Of a stretch of DNA of 55,211 bases, positions 36,112 to 46,407 are shown in pieces (positions within the stretch are counted from its first letter, which is position 1; each line of letters opens with the position of its first letter). This DNA comes from Minisyncoccia bacterium (GTDB taxonomy: Bacteria > Patescibacteriota > Minisyncoccia > Phycocordibacterales > UBA9973). The stretch is taken from positions 1-55,211 of the forward strand of contig JBDHUR010000004.1 in the NCBI GenBank assembly GCA_039809265.1, given 5' to 3'. Below the pieces are notes generated by a model. It did no database searches. It was given only the letters and a program-made list of their open reading frames with translations, and had not been told where the DNA came from. The position numbers and the translations under genes were made by a program.

Positions 36112-37458
36112 TTATTTCAGTACTATGTCATGTTCTCCGCGTTTTACATCAAACCTATCGGGCTCGGCATCTATGTGTATCTTTAATCCATTTTTGCTGA
36201 ATTCTTTTACGAGTGTTTCGCTTATCTCCAGAGCTCGCTTTCGAAGAGTGGGGTGGACAAATCTTGTTGCACGCAGTTCTACTAGGTAGACAAGGGCGGG
36301 CAAGTTGCCGGTCAACCTGTTGGCTGTTTTATAGCCCATAGCTGTGTAGTATTGTGCTATCTCTTTTGTTGTGTTTAGATTCGCTATCTTTTCTTCTTGC
36401 TCTTCTAGAAATATTGCAGCACGGTCTTTGACAGATTTTGGCACTTCTTCTAAATACCAGCTTTCAAAACCAAGTTCTGTAGTCAGAAGCGGCATACGTT
36501 GCGTGACAGCTCTATGTCTGTGTATATCTCTGAATGAACCAAAGTCTAAAGTAAACTCAAACTGCAGTGTTCCTGCTTCCGCTAAGTGTTTAGGCAGTTC
36601 TGTCTTTGCTGGTCTGTCGTTCAAGACTTTTTCGTCCAGCAGTGAAATATCCACATTGTTTTTTGCAAGTTTGAAGTCAGGGCAATTTTTATCGTGATGG
36701 TAGTAACTATCCTTCATCCACATTGCATTGTAGTTTTCCGTTGCCTCGTATCTTTTATGCCCAAAAGAATTCGGATAGCTTACTGTCAAAGTTTTTTCTA
36801 TCGCCTCTGATATGTCCCTTACTTCTTGAAGCGGGTGATGGCGGAGCAGGGCAACTTTGTCCGCTGCTTGGCGCAAGTTTGTGTGCCAGGCCAAGTTGGT
36901 AGTGGCGCCTGACGGCAAGAAACCTCGCAGTGCATCAAAGGCTCGGGCATTTATTGCTTTATCATAAATCGCTCCTGCTTCGTCTGCCTGCATGGGAAAT
37001 TTATTTTTCAAGTACTCCTTGGTTTCTTCCATTGCGTCTTGATAAAACTTGCGCCAGGCTTCCAGTATTTCCGTACCATCTTTTGTACCCAGAGGATTTT
37101 TAAGGGGCTGTATTTTGAAGTCTATGTACCTAGTAGAAGCTTCTTGCCCAGAGTAAAGTGGCCAGTCCTGTATGGCTTTGGCGGCAAGCATGGAAACTCC
37201 TTCTATGAAGAGTGTTATCGTGCCGCAGTCGCCAATGGATTTGTGCCCATAGCCCACATAAAAATTCTTCATAAAGTTTTCCGGCCCACGTTCGGACAGG
37301 ACTTCCAAATGGCTCTTTAGTCCACCAACGGAGCGCGAGTGCAGTGCCTGAAGCATCGCTTCTGCTTCTGGACCTATGATTGCACCAGTGTTTAGAAGGA
37401 TAACTTCTCCGCCGCCTCTTATGGGTATAGTAGCGTGAACTATTTCGTCTAGTTTCAT
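36112..37458 (-). CDS. thyX: Flavin-dependent thymidylate synthase, long tandem-domain form
   Basis: YGHKSIGD; QEASTRYIDF; DFGSFRDIHRHR; LVYLVELR. Confidence 0.85.
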   Translation of the reverse strand: MKLDEIVHATIPIRGGGEVILLNTGAIIGPEAEAMLQALHSRSVGGLKSHLEVLSERGPENFMKNFYVGYGHKSIGDCGTITLFIEGVSMLAAKAIQDWPLYSGQEASTRYIDFKIQPLKNPLGTKDGTEILEAWRKFYQDAMEETKEYLKNKFPMQADEAGAIYDKAINARAFDALRGFLPSGATTNLAWHTNLRQAADKVALLRHHPLQEVRDISEAIEKTLTVSYPNSFGHKRYEATENYNAMWMKDSYYHHDKNCPDFKLAKNNVDISLLDEKVLNDRPAKTELPKHLAEAGTLQFEFTLDFGSFRDIHRHRAVTQRMPLLTTELGFESWYLEEVPKSVKDRAAIFLEEQEEKIANLNTTKEIAQYYTAMGYKTANRLTGNLPALVYLVELRATRFVHPTLRKRALEISETLVKEFSKNGLKIHIDAEPDRFDVKRGEHDIVLK

Positions 37459-37521
37459 ATTGCTATTATAGCAATTTTCTTTAGAGTTTATACTATAGCA
37501 AAAATAAAGAATATAATATAT

Positions 37522-37550
37522 TTGACACCCAGCACAAGATATGCTACTTT
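37522..37550 (+). promoter_or_regulatory. Sigma70-type promoter
   Basis: TTGACA-17-TACTTT with TGn. Confidence 0.6.
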
Positions 37551-37589
37551 AAATGTGAAAAATATGTCTAACAATTAAAAAATATAAAA

Positions 37590-38129
37590 ATGGTAGAAAA
37601 AAGAGTTCAAGTTAAGGTGGCAAAAACAAAAAGGCAAACTTCGTCACTAGAAGAAAGTTTAACGGCAATAACCAAGGTTGCCAATGTGGTTTTGAAAAGA
37701 AGAGAAGAATATTATGCGGCCAAAAAGATTTTTGACCACATGCTGAACACCGAAGCCAAGGAGATAAGCAAGCAAGAAGATGGTATCATGCTTATGTTTA
37801 AACAGCACATAAAGCTTTTGCCAAAACAAAAAGATTTTATAGATCTTATGGCAAGAAAGGTGGATTATAATGGTGCCTCGTTTCTTTCAAAAGCAGACAC
37901 AGTCGAGGATTTGCTTTGTAGATTATTGCTCGGAGTTTTATTAAAAAAAGAGTGTCTTGTTGAATTTGAGTCCCTGAACTTTATCCCAACAGCCAAACTC
38001 GAAAAAAGCGTCAATGATAGATTGAAATACTTACAGGAAAGTTTGGCGTCTGCTGGCTTTAAGGGCAGTCTTTCTTTTGGTATAGATGAAAAGAAAAAGA
38101 CAGAAATGTTTTTTGATTTTCAAGTTTAA
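37590..38129 (+). CDS. Hypothetical protein
   Basis: 179-aa ORF with own promoter and terminator (38145-38171). Confidence 0.65.
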   Translation: MVEKRVQVKVAKTKRQTSSLEESLTAITKVANVVLKRREEYYAAKKIFDHMLNTEAKEISKQEDGIMLMFKQHIKLLPKQKDFIDLMARKVDYNGASFLSKADTVEDLLCRLLLGVLLKKECLVEFESLNFIPTAKLEKSVNDRLKYLQESLASAGFKGSLSFGIDEKKKTEMFFDFQV

Positions 38130-38202
38130 GAAAAAGTGTTTTGTAAAAAGCCCCAAATCCTGGGGCTTTTTGTTTGCCTGTTTTCTGTGTTAACATGATT
38201 GC

Positions 38203-39375
38203 ATGAAAGACAAGCAGGTAGAGAAACTTATAAAGATGGAAGAGAAGAGGCAGAATAGTGTTATAAATCTTATTGCTTCTGAAAACTATGTTTCTAAAGA
38301 TGTGCTTGCTGCTCTTGGTTCTGTACTCACAAACAAATATGCAGAGGGTTATCCAGGCAGGAGATACTACGGTGGCAACAGTATCATAGACAAAGTAGAA
38401 CAGCTTGCTATAGACAGAGCTCTTCGGCTATTTGGGCTGTCGTCAAAGTCATGGAACGCAAATGTTCAAGCTTTGTCCGGCTCGCCAGCAAACTTGGCTG
38501 TGTATTCGGCATTTGTACCAATTGGCGGGAAAATAATGGGATTGAAGCTTTCTTCTGGTGGACATTTGACCCATGCACAGAGTGTTTCAATGACCGGTAA
38601 AATATGGAAGCCGGTACTTTTTGAAGTTGATCCAAAAACAGAACTGCTGAACTACGAGGTGATCAAGTCACTCGCGGTGAAAGAAAAGCCAGACTTGATT
38701 GTAGTTGGTTTTACCGCTTATCCTAGGATTATTGATTTCAAGAAATTTAGAAAAATTGCGAATGCTTGCGGAGCGCATTTACATGTAGACATGTCGCACT
38801 TTGCCGGACTTGTGGCTGGCGGAGTGTATCCGTCTCCGTTTCCTTTTGCTGATTCGGTGATGACTACCACCCACAAGACTTTGCGCGGGCCAAGGCATGC
38901 TTTGATCTTTGTAAAAAAAGATAAAAGGGAACTTGATAGGAAAATAGACAAAGCAATAATCCCCGGTCTTCAGGGTGGTCCGCATGAGAACACTATTGCC
39001 GCCGTAGCTGTTGCCTTGAAAGAAGCATCCTCTCTTTCGTTTAGAAGATATGCCAAACAGGTGGTTAAAAATGCAAAGGTGTTGGCTGATTCACTAGCTG
39101 CTCTTGGCTGGCGTGTTGTCTCTGGCGGAACGGATTCACATCTGATATTAGTAGATACTTGGGCCTCAGGTATCTCTGGTAAAGAGGCAAGCGACAGGCT
39201 GGAAAAAGCTGGGATAATAGTAAACATGAATACTATCCCAGGAGATTCAAGGACAGTTATGGATCCTTCTGGTATCAGGCTTGGCACAGCAGCAGAGACA
39301 ACGGAAGGTAAAAAGGAAAAAGACATGTTAAATATTGCAAAAAAGATAGACAAAATCCTCCGTGCGAAAAGATAG
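38203..39375 (+). CDS. glyA: Serine hydroxymethyltransferase
   Basis: LIASENY; NKYAEGYPGRRYYGG; TTHKTLRGP; SGIRLGT. Confidence 0.96.
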   Translation: MKDKQVEKLIKMEEKRQNSVINLIASENYVSKDVLAALGSVLTNKYAEGYPGRRYYGGNSIIDKVEQLAIDRALRLFGLSSKSWNANVQALSGSPANLAVYSAFVPIGGKIMGLKLSSGGHLTHAQSVSMTGKIWKPVLFEVDPKTELLNYEVIKSLAVKEKPDLIVVGFTAYPRIIDFKKFRKIANACGAHLHVDMSHFAGLVAGGVYPSPFPFADSVMTTTHKTLRGPRHALIFVKKDKRELDRKIDKAIIPGLQGGPHENTIAAVAVALKEASSLSFRRYAKQVVKNAKVLADSLAALGWRVVSGGTDSHLILVDTWASGISGKEASDRLEKAGIIVNMNTIPGDSRTVMDPSGIRLGTAAETTEGKKEKDMLNIAKKIDKILRAKR

Positions 39376-39427
39376 ACTTGTTCACTTGTGCGTGGTAGCA
39401 TTGGCCTAAATTTAAAAAATATAAAAA

Positions 39428-40009
39428 ATGAAAAAAGGAATACTTGTTACAATCATGGGGGTGACTAATATGGGCAAAACTACTCAGATGGGTCTTTTGG
39501 AAAATTATTTGCTGGAAAAGAATTTGAAATTTAAAACTTTGAAATATCCCATATACTCTCTTGTCCCAACTGGCCCAAGGATACACGCATTCCTTAAGGG
39601 CAATAATCCAGAAAATTTAACACCAACACAGTTTCAAGAATTGTGCGCACAAAATAGAATGGATTTTCAGCCAGAGCTAGAAAAGATGCTTGCAGAAAAT
39701 GATGTTGTAATAGCTGAAATGTATACTGGCACAGGTATTGCATATGGTATAGGCGATGGTGTTCCGCGGGATTATCTGCTTAAAGTGAATGAGGGACTTC
39801 TTGCGCCAGATGTTTCTATCTTGCTTGATGGTACAAGGTATCTGGAGAGTATAGAAAAAACTCATGTGTATGAGAATGATAATGAAAAGACAGAAAGGAT
39901 TCGTGCAATTCATTTAGACTTGGCCAAGGAGTTTGGCTGGCATGTACTGAATGCAAATTTGAGCAGGGATGAAATACATAAAGAGATTATAGACATTATT
40001 TTAGATTAA
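39428..40009 (+). CDS. tmk: Thymidylate kinase
   Basis: P-loop GVTNMGKTTQ; LKYP; AYG; PDVSILLD. Confidence 0.8.
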   Translation: MKKGILVTIMGVTNMGKTTQMGLLENYLLEKNLKFKTLKYPIYSLVPTGPRIHAFLKGNNPENLTPTQFQELCAQNRMDFQPELEKMLAENDVVIAEMYTGTGIAYGIGDGVPRDYLLKVNEGLLAPDVSILLDGTRYLESIEKTHVYENDNEKTERIRAIHLDLAKEFGWHVLNANLSRDEIHKEIIDIILD

Positions 40010-40017
40010 ACAAGATT

Positions 40018-40046
40018 AAAAGCTGATACCACAAGTATCAGCTTTT
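40018..40046 (+). terminator. Intrinsic terminator
   Basis: AAAAGCTGATAC/GTATCAGCTTTT. Confidence 0.75.
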
Positions 40047-40061
40047 GTGTATAATTGTGCT

Positions 40062-40487
40062 ATGCAACTTAAAGTAAAAAAATTACACGAAGATGCTAAG
40101 TCCCCGACAAAGGGGCATCCCGGAGACGCTGGGATAGATTTTTATGCATTAGAAGAAGTAGTGTTCGAGCAGGGAGCACAAATGAGAATAAGGACAGGTA
40201 TTGCGCTAGAGATACCAGAGGGATATGTCGGGCTGGTTTGGGATAAGTCCGGCATTTCTTTCAATAAAGGTTTGAAAATAGTGGGCGGCGTTATAGACGC
40301 GCCTTTTCGTGGCGAATTTGTAGCCTCTATGGTCAATTTTTCCGGGCAAAGGCAAGTGGTGGAAAAAGGTCAAAAATTTACACAAATGCTGATACAGAAG
40401 TTTGAAGATTGTGAGATTATAGAAGCAGCTGAGCTGTCTGAAACTGTTCGCGGTGATGGTCGCGAGGGAAGCACTGGGCATCGCTAG
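40062..40487 (+). CDS. dut: Trimeric dUTP diphosphatase
   Basis: AGIDF; KSG; GGVIDAPFRGE; RGDGREGSTG. Confidence 0.93.
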   Translation: MQLKVKKLHEDAKSPTKGHPGDAGIDFYALEEVVFEQGAQMRIRTGIALEIPEGYVGLVWDKSGISFNKGLKIVGGVIDAPFRGEFVASMVNFSGQRQVVEKGQKFTQMLIQKFEDCEIIEAAELSETVRGDGREGSTGHR

Positions 40488-40519
40488 GGTTTTTCTTTTG
40501 ATTTTGCTAGACTACCCGT

Positions 40520-42205
40520 ATGATAAGAAGTATTTTACAAACTCTAGTGGTAGATGCTTGCGCAGAACTTGGATTTACGCCAGAGAAGATAAATCTTGAA
40601 TATCCGGAAGATTTTGCTCATGGAGATTTTTCTTCAAATATTGCTATGACGAGCGCCAAATCTTTTGGTGCAAATCCAAAAGATTTGGCGCAAAAAATCG
40701 CCGATAAAATAAAAAACAAAAACTCTGAATACATAAAAGATATACAAGTTGCTGGCCCAGGATTTTTGAATTTTTTTTTGGCAGATTCATATTTCAACCA
40801 TGAGCTTACGAAAGCATGTGCTAAAGACGCAGGCCTCTCTTCTTCTTTGTATAAAGGAAAAGAAATATTGGTAGAGCATTCAAGCCCAAATCTTTTCAAG
40901 CCGTTCCACATAGGGCACGTGATGAACAATGCTATAGGCGAGTCTGTGGCTCGCTTGGCAAAAGCAAGCGGGGCCAGTGTAAAAGTTATATCTTATCCGT
41001 CAGATGTTTCGCTTGGTATAGGCAAAGCCGTCTGGGCAATGCTACAAGACGGAAAGACAAAGTGGGACAGTCTCACTTCGCAAAAAGAGCAACTGCAATA
41101 TTTTGGAGATTGCTATGTGCGCGGCACAAAGGCTTTAGAAGATAATCCAGCACTTTTGAAAGAGGTACAGGCAATAACAAAAAACCTGTATGACAAAACT
41201 CCTTCCCGGGAGTACGAAGTTTATGAGTGGGCAAAAAATATAAATCTAGATTATTTCAAATCCACTGTTGCTTCGCTTGGCTCGATGTTTGACGACTATA
41301 TATACGAGTCGGAAGCTGGTCTTGAGGGTACAAAGATTGTAGAAGCACACATAGGTGATGTATTTGAAAAGTCGGATGGGGCAGTGATATATCGCGGTGA
41401 ACAAGATGGACTGCATACCAGAGTTTTTATCAACAAAGAAGGCTATCCGACATATGAAGCTAAAGATCTTGGTTTGCTTGCACTGAAGTTTAAAAAATAC
41501 AACCCAGATATTTCGCTTTTTGTGACAGATCATCAACAGGAAGAATATTTCAAAGTAGTTGCTGCTGCGGGAGGCAAGATAGATAAAGCTTGGCAGGATA
41601 AGACTGTGCACTTGACGCATGGGCGCATGAGCTTTAAAGGCCAGAAAATGTCTTCGCGTTTGGGTGGTGTGCCGACTGCTAGTGAGATATTGGAAGTTGT
41701 AAATAACGAAATATTAGATAAATCGGACAAGCTTGATGGAAAAGAAAGGGAAGCCATTGCAATCTCAGCACTCAAGTTCTCTATCCTTCGGGCAGGGCTT
41801 GGGAAGAATATAAACTTTGACCCGGAAACCTCGCTTTCATTTGAAGGAGATTCTGGTCCGTATTTGCAGTATAGTGCCGTGCGCGCCAAGGCAATACTAG
41901 CAAAGGCAAAAGAAATGGGGAAGTCTATTTCCGTAGACAGTTCTGCGTCAGCGACAGAACTTACAAAAAACATTTCACGTTTCCAAGATTGTGTTGAACA
42001 ATCTATCTCAAAATGGGAGCCACATTATATTGCTACTTATCTGCTTTCGATAGCACAGTCTTTCAATAGCTGGTATGCAACAGGTAAGATTTTGGATGAA
42101 AATAATAAAAATATGGACCACGAGCTTGCACTTGTTTCTGGTACTTACAACGTACTCTTAAAAGGACTCAATCTACTAGGAATATCTGTACCAGAAAAAA
42201 TGTAA
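40520..42205 (+). CDS. argS: Arginine--tRNA ligase
   Basis: HGDFSSN; PNLFKPFHIGH; KMSSR; GDSGPYLQY. Confidence 0.95.
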   Translation: MIRSILQTLVVDACAELGFTPEKINLEYPEDFAHGDFSSNIAMTSAKSFGANPKDLAQKIADKIKNKNSEYIKDIQVAGPGFLNFFLADSYFNHELTKACAKDAGLSSSLYKGKEILVEHSSPNLFKPFHIGHVMNNAIGESVARLAKASGASVKVISYPSDVSLGIGKAVWAMLQDGKTKWDSLTSQKEQLQYFGDCYVRGTKALEDNPALLKEVQAITKNLYDKTPSREYEVYEWAKNINLDYFKSTVASLGSMFDDYIYESEAGLEGTKIVEAHIGDVFEKSDGAVIYRGEQDGLHTRVFINKEGYPTYEAKDLGLLALKFKKYNPDISLFVTDHQQEEYFKVVAAAGGKIDKAWQDKTVHLTHGRMSFKGQKMSSRLGGVPTASEILEVVNNEILDKSDKLDGKEREAIAISALKFSILRAGLGKNINFDPETSLSFEGDSGPYLQYSAVRAKAILAKAKEMGKSISVDSSASATELTKNISRFQDCVEQSISKWEPHYIATYLLSIAQSFNSWYATGKILDENNKNMDHELALVSGTYNVLLKGLNLLGISVPEKM

Positions 42206-42207
42206 AC

Positions 42208-42236
42208 TTGACTTTTTTTCTACATAGTGGTAATAT
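42208..42236 (+). promoter_or_regulatory. Sigma70-type promoter
   Basis: TTGACT-17-TAATAT with TGn. Confidence 0.65.
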
Positions 42237-42264
42237 AGAGTAAAACAACAAAAAAATAATAATT

Positions 42265-42885
42265 ATGACAACAACCATCATTTTAACCTCATGCTTTCTT
42301 TGTGTGTGTGCTTACTTTCTGTTCAAAAAGCGTAACAAGAAGACTAAACAAATTTTCCAACAAAAGAATGATTATGTTATGTTCGAGGAAGATACAAGTT
42401 TCGGCTCGGAACATAAAGAATCTTTTCTTCATATACCACTGGAAAATTTTGCAAATTATGCTGTGCGGTATTTCGATTCTTTACAGGATACAGAAGAGTT
42501 TTTGGATTATTTAAAAAAACTTTATTTTTCTTTGTATAGATTAAGCGATAAGGCTAATTTTCTAACCAAATATGCAATATATTATTCTCTCTTTGAAGAT
42601 CATATGCGTTATAGGGAAGCAATATATGATTTAGAATATCAGAAATGGGAAGATCTTCATGATAGAGCATTGGGGTTTTATATAACACACGTTCCCGCTT
42701 TTATAAAGAATAGAGAAATTACCTTACACGAAGAGTGTTATTCTGTCTCGTTTTTTATTGAAAATAAGCCGGTTATTCTATTTATGCCTTATTTTCTTTG
42801 GGATAAATATATGAAGAAAAAAGAGTCTAAAAGCTTGATAGATGATAAAACCAGAGAGCTTAGTCGTTCTGTGTGTGTAAATTAG
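42265..42885 (+). CDS. AT-rich orphan with N-terminal membrane anchor
   Basis: 206 aa; hydrophobic N-terminus followed by basic stretch; Tyr/Phe-rich. Confidence 0.65.
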   Translation: MTTTIILTSCFLCVCAYFLFKKRNKKTKQIFQQKNDYVMFEEDTSFGSEHKESFLHIPLENFANYAVRYFDSLQDTEEFLDYLKKLYFSLYRLSDKANFLTKYAIYYSLFEDHMRYREAIYDLEYQKWEDLHDRALGFYITHVPAFIKNREITLHEECYSVSFFIENKPVILFMPYFLWDKYMKKKESKSLIDDKTRELSRSVCVN

Positions 42886-42990
42886 AATTATTTTAGTGTA
42901 TTTTTATATATCCCATTTGCGTAAGCAGGTGGGATATTATTTTGTCTTGCAAAAAACTGTTTTTTCCGTACAATTTGAGGAATATAGTCT

Positions 42991-45900
42991 ATGGATGAAA
43001 AAAAACAATATAAATCAGAAAAAGCAGTAAGGGAAGAGAAAATCCTAGATTTTTGGCGCGAAAACAAGATTTTTGAAAAGACGCTTGCTCGTAAGTCTGT
43101 CAAAGGCGAGTTTGTCTTCTACGAGGGTCCTCCCGGAGCAAATGGAGTGCCGATGCTTCACCACTTTGAGGCGCGTGCATTCAAAGACGTTATACCTCGC
43201 TACAAGACAATGCAGGGCTACCATGTGGATAGACGCGCCGGCTGGGACTGCCATGGCTTGCCGGTGGAACTTCAAGCCGAAAAAGAGCTGGGCCTTGCTT
43301 CAAAAAAAGATATAGAGGTATACGGCGTTGCCAGATACAATGACTATTGCAGAAGCGCTGTTTTGCGTTATACAAAAGAATGGGAAATTTTTACGCATCG
43401 CATGGGGTACTGGGTGGACAACGATCGCGCATACTACACCATGTCTAACTCTTTCATAGAGTCTGCTTGGCATGTAGTGAAAGAAGCCGCGAACCGCGGG
43501 TATTTGTATAAAGATTATAAAATTCTGCCATGGTGTTCACGTTGCGGCACTGGTCTTTCCTCGCACGAGCTTGGTCAGCCAGGAGCATATGTGGATGTGA
43601 AGGATTTGTCAGTGTATGCCAAGTTTCCGATTGTTGGATTTGAAAAAGCTTATTTTGTGGCATGGACAACTACTCCTTGGACGCTTCCCGGAAATGTAGC
43701 GCTCGCAGTGGGTGCAGATATAGATTATGTAGAGGCAAAAGTCGGGGAAGAGATTCTAGTTGTTGCAAAAGAAAGATTGTCCGTGCTTGGCGAAGGATAT
43801 GAAATAATTGCTGAACACAAAGGCAAGGACATGGCTGGCATGAAGTACACGCCTCTTTTCAACGAGCTTGAGAATGCAAAACCAGACGGGATAGAAAATG
43901 CTTTCAAAATATATGTCGCGGATTTTGTAACAACGACAGACGGCACTGGCATCGTCCACACGGCTGTCATGTACGGGGCAGACGACTTTGAGCTTGGCAC
44001 AAAAGTTGGCTTGCCTAAATACCACACTGTAAATCCAGACGGCACTTTTATGCGAGGTCTCGGCAATCTTTCTGGCCGATTTGTCCGCGACGAAGATGTT
44101 GCTGTGGACATTATAAAGGACTTGGCTCATAGCGGGCTTCTATTTAAAAAAGAAAAATACGAACACTCGTACCCGCATTGCTGGAGATGTAAGACTCCAC
44201 TCATATACTATGCACGAGATTCTTGGTATTTTGCTATGTCAAAACTTCGCGATGAAATGTCTGCACGAAACGAAAGCATTCATTGGGAGCCCGAATATAT
44301 AAAGGACGGACGTTTTGGTGAGTGGCTACGTGAGGCTAAAGATTGGGCGATTTCGCGTGAGCGATACTGGGGCACTCCGTTGCCGGTTTGGCAGGGAGTT
44401 GGCGGTGAGCTGAAAGTTATTGGAAGCATAGAAGAATTTAAGAAGTATGCAGTAAAGTCTGGTAATAGTTACTTTATTATGCGTCACGGTGGTACGGAAG
44501 GAAACGAGAAAAATCTTGTTAGTTACAAAAACCAAGCCAGTGATCATTTGACTGAAAAAGGTAAACAACAAGTACTTTCTGAAATTGGTCATTTCAAAAA
44601 AGAAGGTATAGATATAATCATTGCTTCGCCATTTGCTCGTACTAGGGAAACTGCCGAAATTGTCCGCACCGAACTTGGGTTAGCAGAAGATGCATTGCTG
44701 TTTGACGATAGGCTTGCAGAAATAAACGCAGGAGATTTTGACGGCAAGAATTGGAACGAATACCACAAAGTTATATATGACGTGGGTGTAGATTGGTATA
44801 AGAACAAAATTCCAAACGGTGAGTCTTTGCAAGATGTTGGCAAGCGCATCGGTTCTTTGCTTTATGAAATTGAAGAGAAGTATAAAGATAAGCGTATTTT
44901 GCTGGTAACTCATGGCGGGCCGGCATGGCTTGCGTATGTGGTATCTGGAGAATATGTACCAGACGGCAAAACTTATCACATGCCAGAGACTATGGCATTT
45001 GTGAAAGAGTTCAAACGCTTTACCAACGCGGAAATACGTAAATTAAATTTTGTTCCCATACCACATAACACTAACTACGAGCTTGATCTGCACAAGCCGT
45101 ATGTGGATGAGGTAAAGCTCGTGGCTGAAAATGGGGAAGTAATGACAAGAGTAAAAGAGGTGATGGATGTATGGTTTGACTCCGGCGTTATGCCATTTGG
45201 GCAAGAGCATTATCCTTTTGAGAATAAGGAGTATGTGGATACCAAAGGCTATCCAGCAGACTTTATCTCTGAAGCGATAGATCAGACCAGAGGCTGGTTT
45301 TACACTTTGGTTGCGGTTTCTGCTTTGCTTGGTAAGCCTGCGCCATTTAAGAATGTAATCTGTCTCGGACACTTGCTGGATGCAAAAGGGCAGAAGATGT
45401 CAAAATCTAAAGGCAATGTCATAGACCCGTGGGGACAGATGGACAAATTTGGTGCGGACGCAGTGCGGCTGTGGATGTATTCTGTTACCCAGCCTGGGGA
45501 CAGCAAGAATTATGACGAAAAAGTGGTGACGGAAATGTCTCGACAAGTTTTCGGGCTGCTCTCAAATGTGCTAGCATTTTATGAGCTATATCCCGCAGAA
45601 ATGAAGAATAACAAGCGGCCAGACGCGACTGCCGTGCTCAACAAGTGGATACTTGCAAGACTAGACCAGTATATATCTCTGACCACAGAGTATTTGGATG
45701 CATACAAAATATTTGAGCCTGCCCGCGAACTTCGCAACTTCATAGACGATCTTTCTACATGGTATGTGCGCCGAAGTAGAGACAAGATCAAGGCAGGTGA
45801 TATAGAATCTAGAACGACCTTGTATTTTGTACTAAAAACCCTTGCACAAGTCATGGCGCCATTTGCACCGTTTACCGCAGAAGAAGTGTGGCAGAAACTA

Positions 45901-46404
45901 AAGATAAATGAAGACGCAGAAAGCGTGCATCTAAGTGTATGGCCTACCAGCGATGCTTTGCAATATGACGATATGGTCGGACATAATATTATGCGTGATA
46001 TGCAAATAGCAAGAGAAGTATGTACTGAAGGCAATGCGCTTCGCAAAAAACTAGGTATACCAGTGCGTCAACCTCTTTCTAGGTTTATTGTAAAGAACTG
46101 GGACTTAAGTAGCGAGTATGCAACTCTTGTAAAAGAAGAACTTAATGTAAAAGATATTGTAGCAGGAGACGAGACGGTGCTTGATATAAACATAACACCA
46201 GAGCTAAAACTTGAAGGAGATTATCGCGAACTTGTGCGAAAGGTACAAGACTTACGAAAAGAAAAAGGTCTAATTCCAAGTGACGCTATAACTCTTGTGC
46301 TTCCAGAAACGTATCGAGAAATTATGCAAACTTTCGGTGAAGATTTGAAAAAGACAGTCGGTGCAAAAGAGGTTGTAAATGGAGAGAATATGCTAATATA
46401 TTAA
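42991..46404 (+). CDS. ileS: Isoleucine--tRNA ligase (type 2-like) with inserted histidine-phosphatase domain
   Basis: FYEGPPGAN; GWDCHGLP; WTTTPWTLP; KMSKS; insert RHG...THG at about 44461-45050. Confidence 0.96.
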   Translation: MDEKKQYKSEKAVREEKILDFWRENKIFEKTLARKSVKGEFVFYEGPPGANGVPMLHHFEARAFKDVIPRYKTMQGYHVDRRAGWDCHGLPVELQAEKELGLASKKDIEVYGVARYNDYCRSAVLRYTKEWEIFTHRMGYWVDNDRAYYTMSNSFIESAWHVVKEAANRGYLYKDYKILPWCSRCGTGLSSHELGQPGAYVDVKDLSVYAKFPIVGFEKAYFVAWTTTPWTLPGNVALAVGADIDYVEAKVGEEILVVAKERLSVLGEGYEIIAEHKGKDMAGMKYTPLFNELENAKPDGIENAFKIYVADFVTTTDGTGIVHTAVMYGADDFELGTKVGLPKYHTVNPDGTFMRGLGNLSGRFVRDEDVAVDIIKDLAHSGLLFKKEKYEHSYPHCWRCKTPLIYYARDSWYFAMSKLRDEMSARNESIHWEPEYIKDGRFGEWLREAKDWAISRERYWGTPLPVWQGVGGELKVIGSIEEFKKYAVKSGNSYFIMRHGGTEGNEKNLVSYKNQASDHLTEKGKQQVLSEIGHFKKEGIDIIIASPFARTRETAEIVRTELGLAEDALLFDDRLAEINAGDFDGKNWNEYHKVIYDVGVDWYKNKIPNGESLQDVGKRIGSLLYEIEEKYKDKRILLVTHGGPAWLAYVVSGEYVPDGKTYHMPETMAFVKEFKRFTNAEIRKLNFVPIPHNTNYELDLHKPYVDEVKLVAENGEVMTRVKEVMDVWFDSGVMPFGQEHYPFENKEYVDTKGYPADFISEAIDQTRGWFYTLVAVSALLGKPAPFKNVICLGHLLDAKGQKMSKSKGNVIDPWGQMDKFGADAVRLWMYSVTQPGDSKNYDEKVVTEMSRQVFGLLSNVLAFYELYPAEMKNNKRPDATAVLNKWILARLDQYISLTTEYLDAYKIFEPARELRNFIDDLSTWYVRRSRDKIKAGDIESRTTLYFVLKTLAQVMAPFAPFTAEEVWQKLKINEDAESVHLSVWPTSDALQYDDMVGHNIMRDMQIAREVCTEGNALRKKLGIPVRQPLSRFIVKNWDLSSEYATLVKEELNVKDIVAGDETVLDINITPELKLEGDYRELVRKVQDLRKEKGLIPSDAITLVLPETYREIMQTFGEDLKKTVGAKEVVNGENMLIY

Positions 46405-46407
46405 ATT

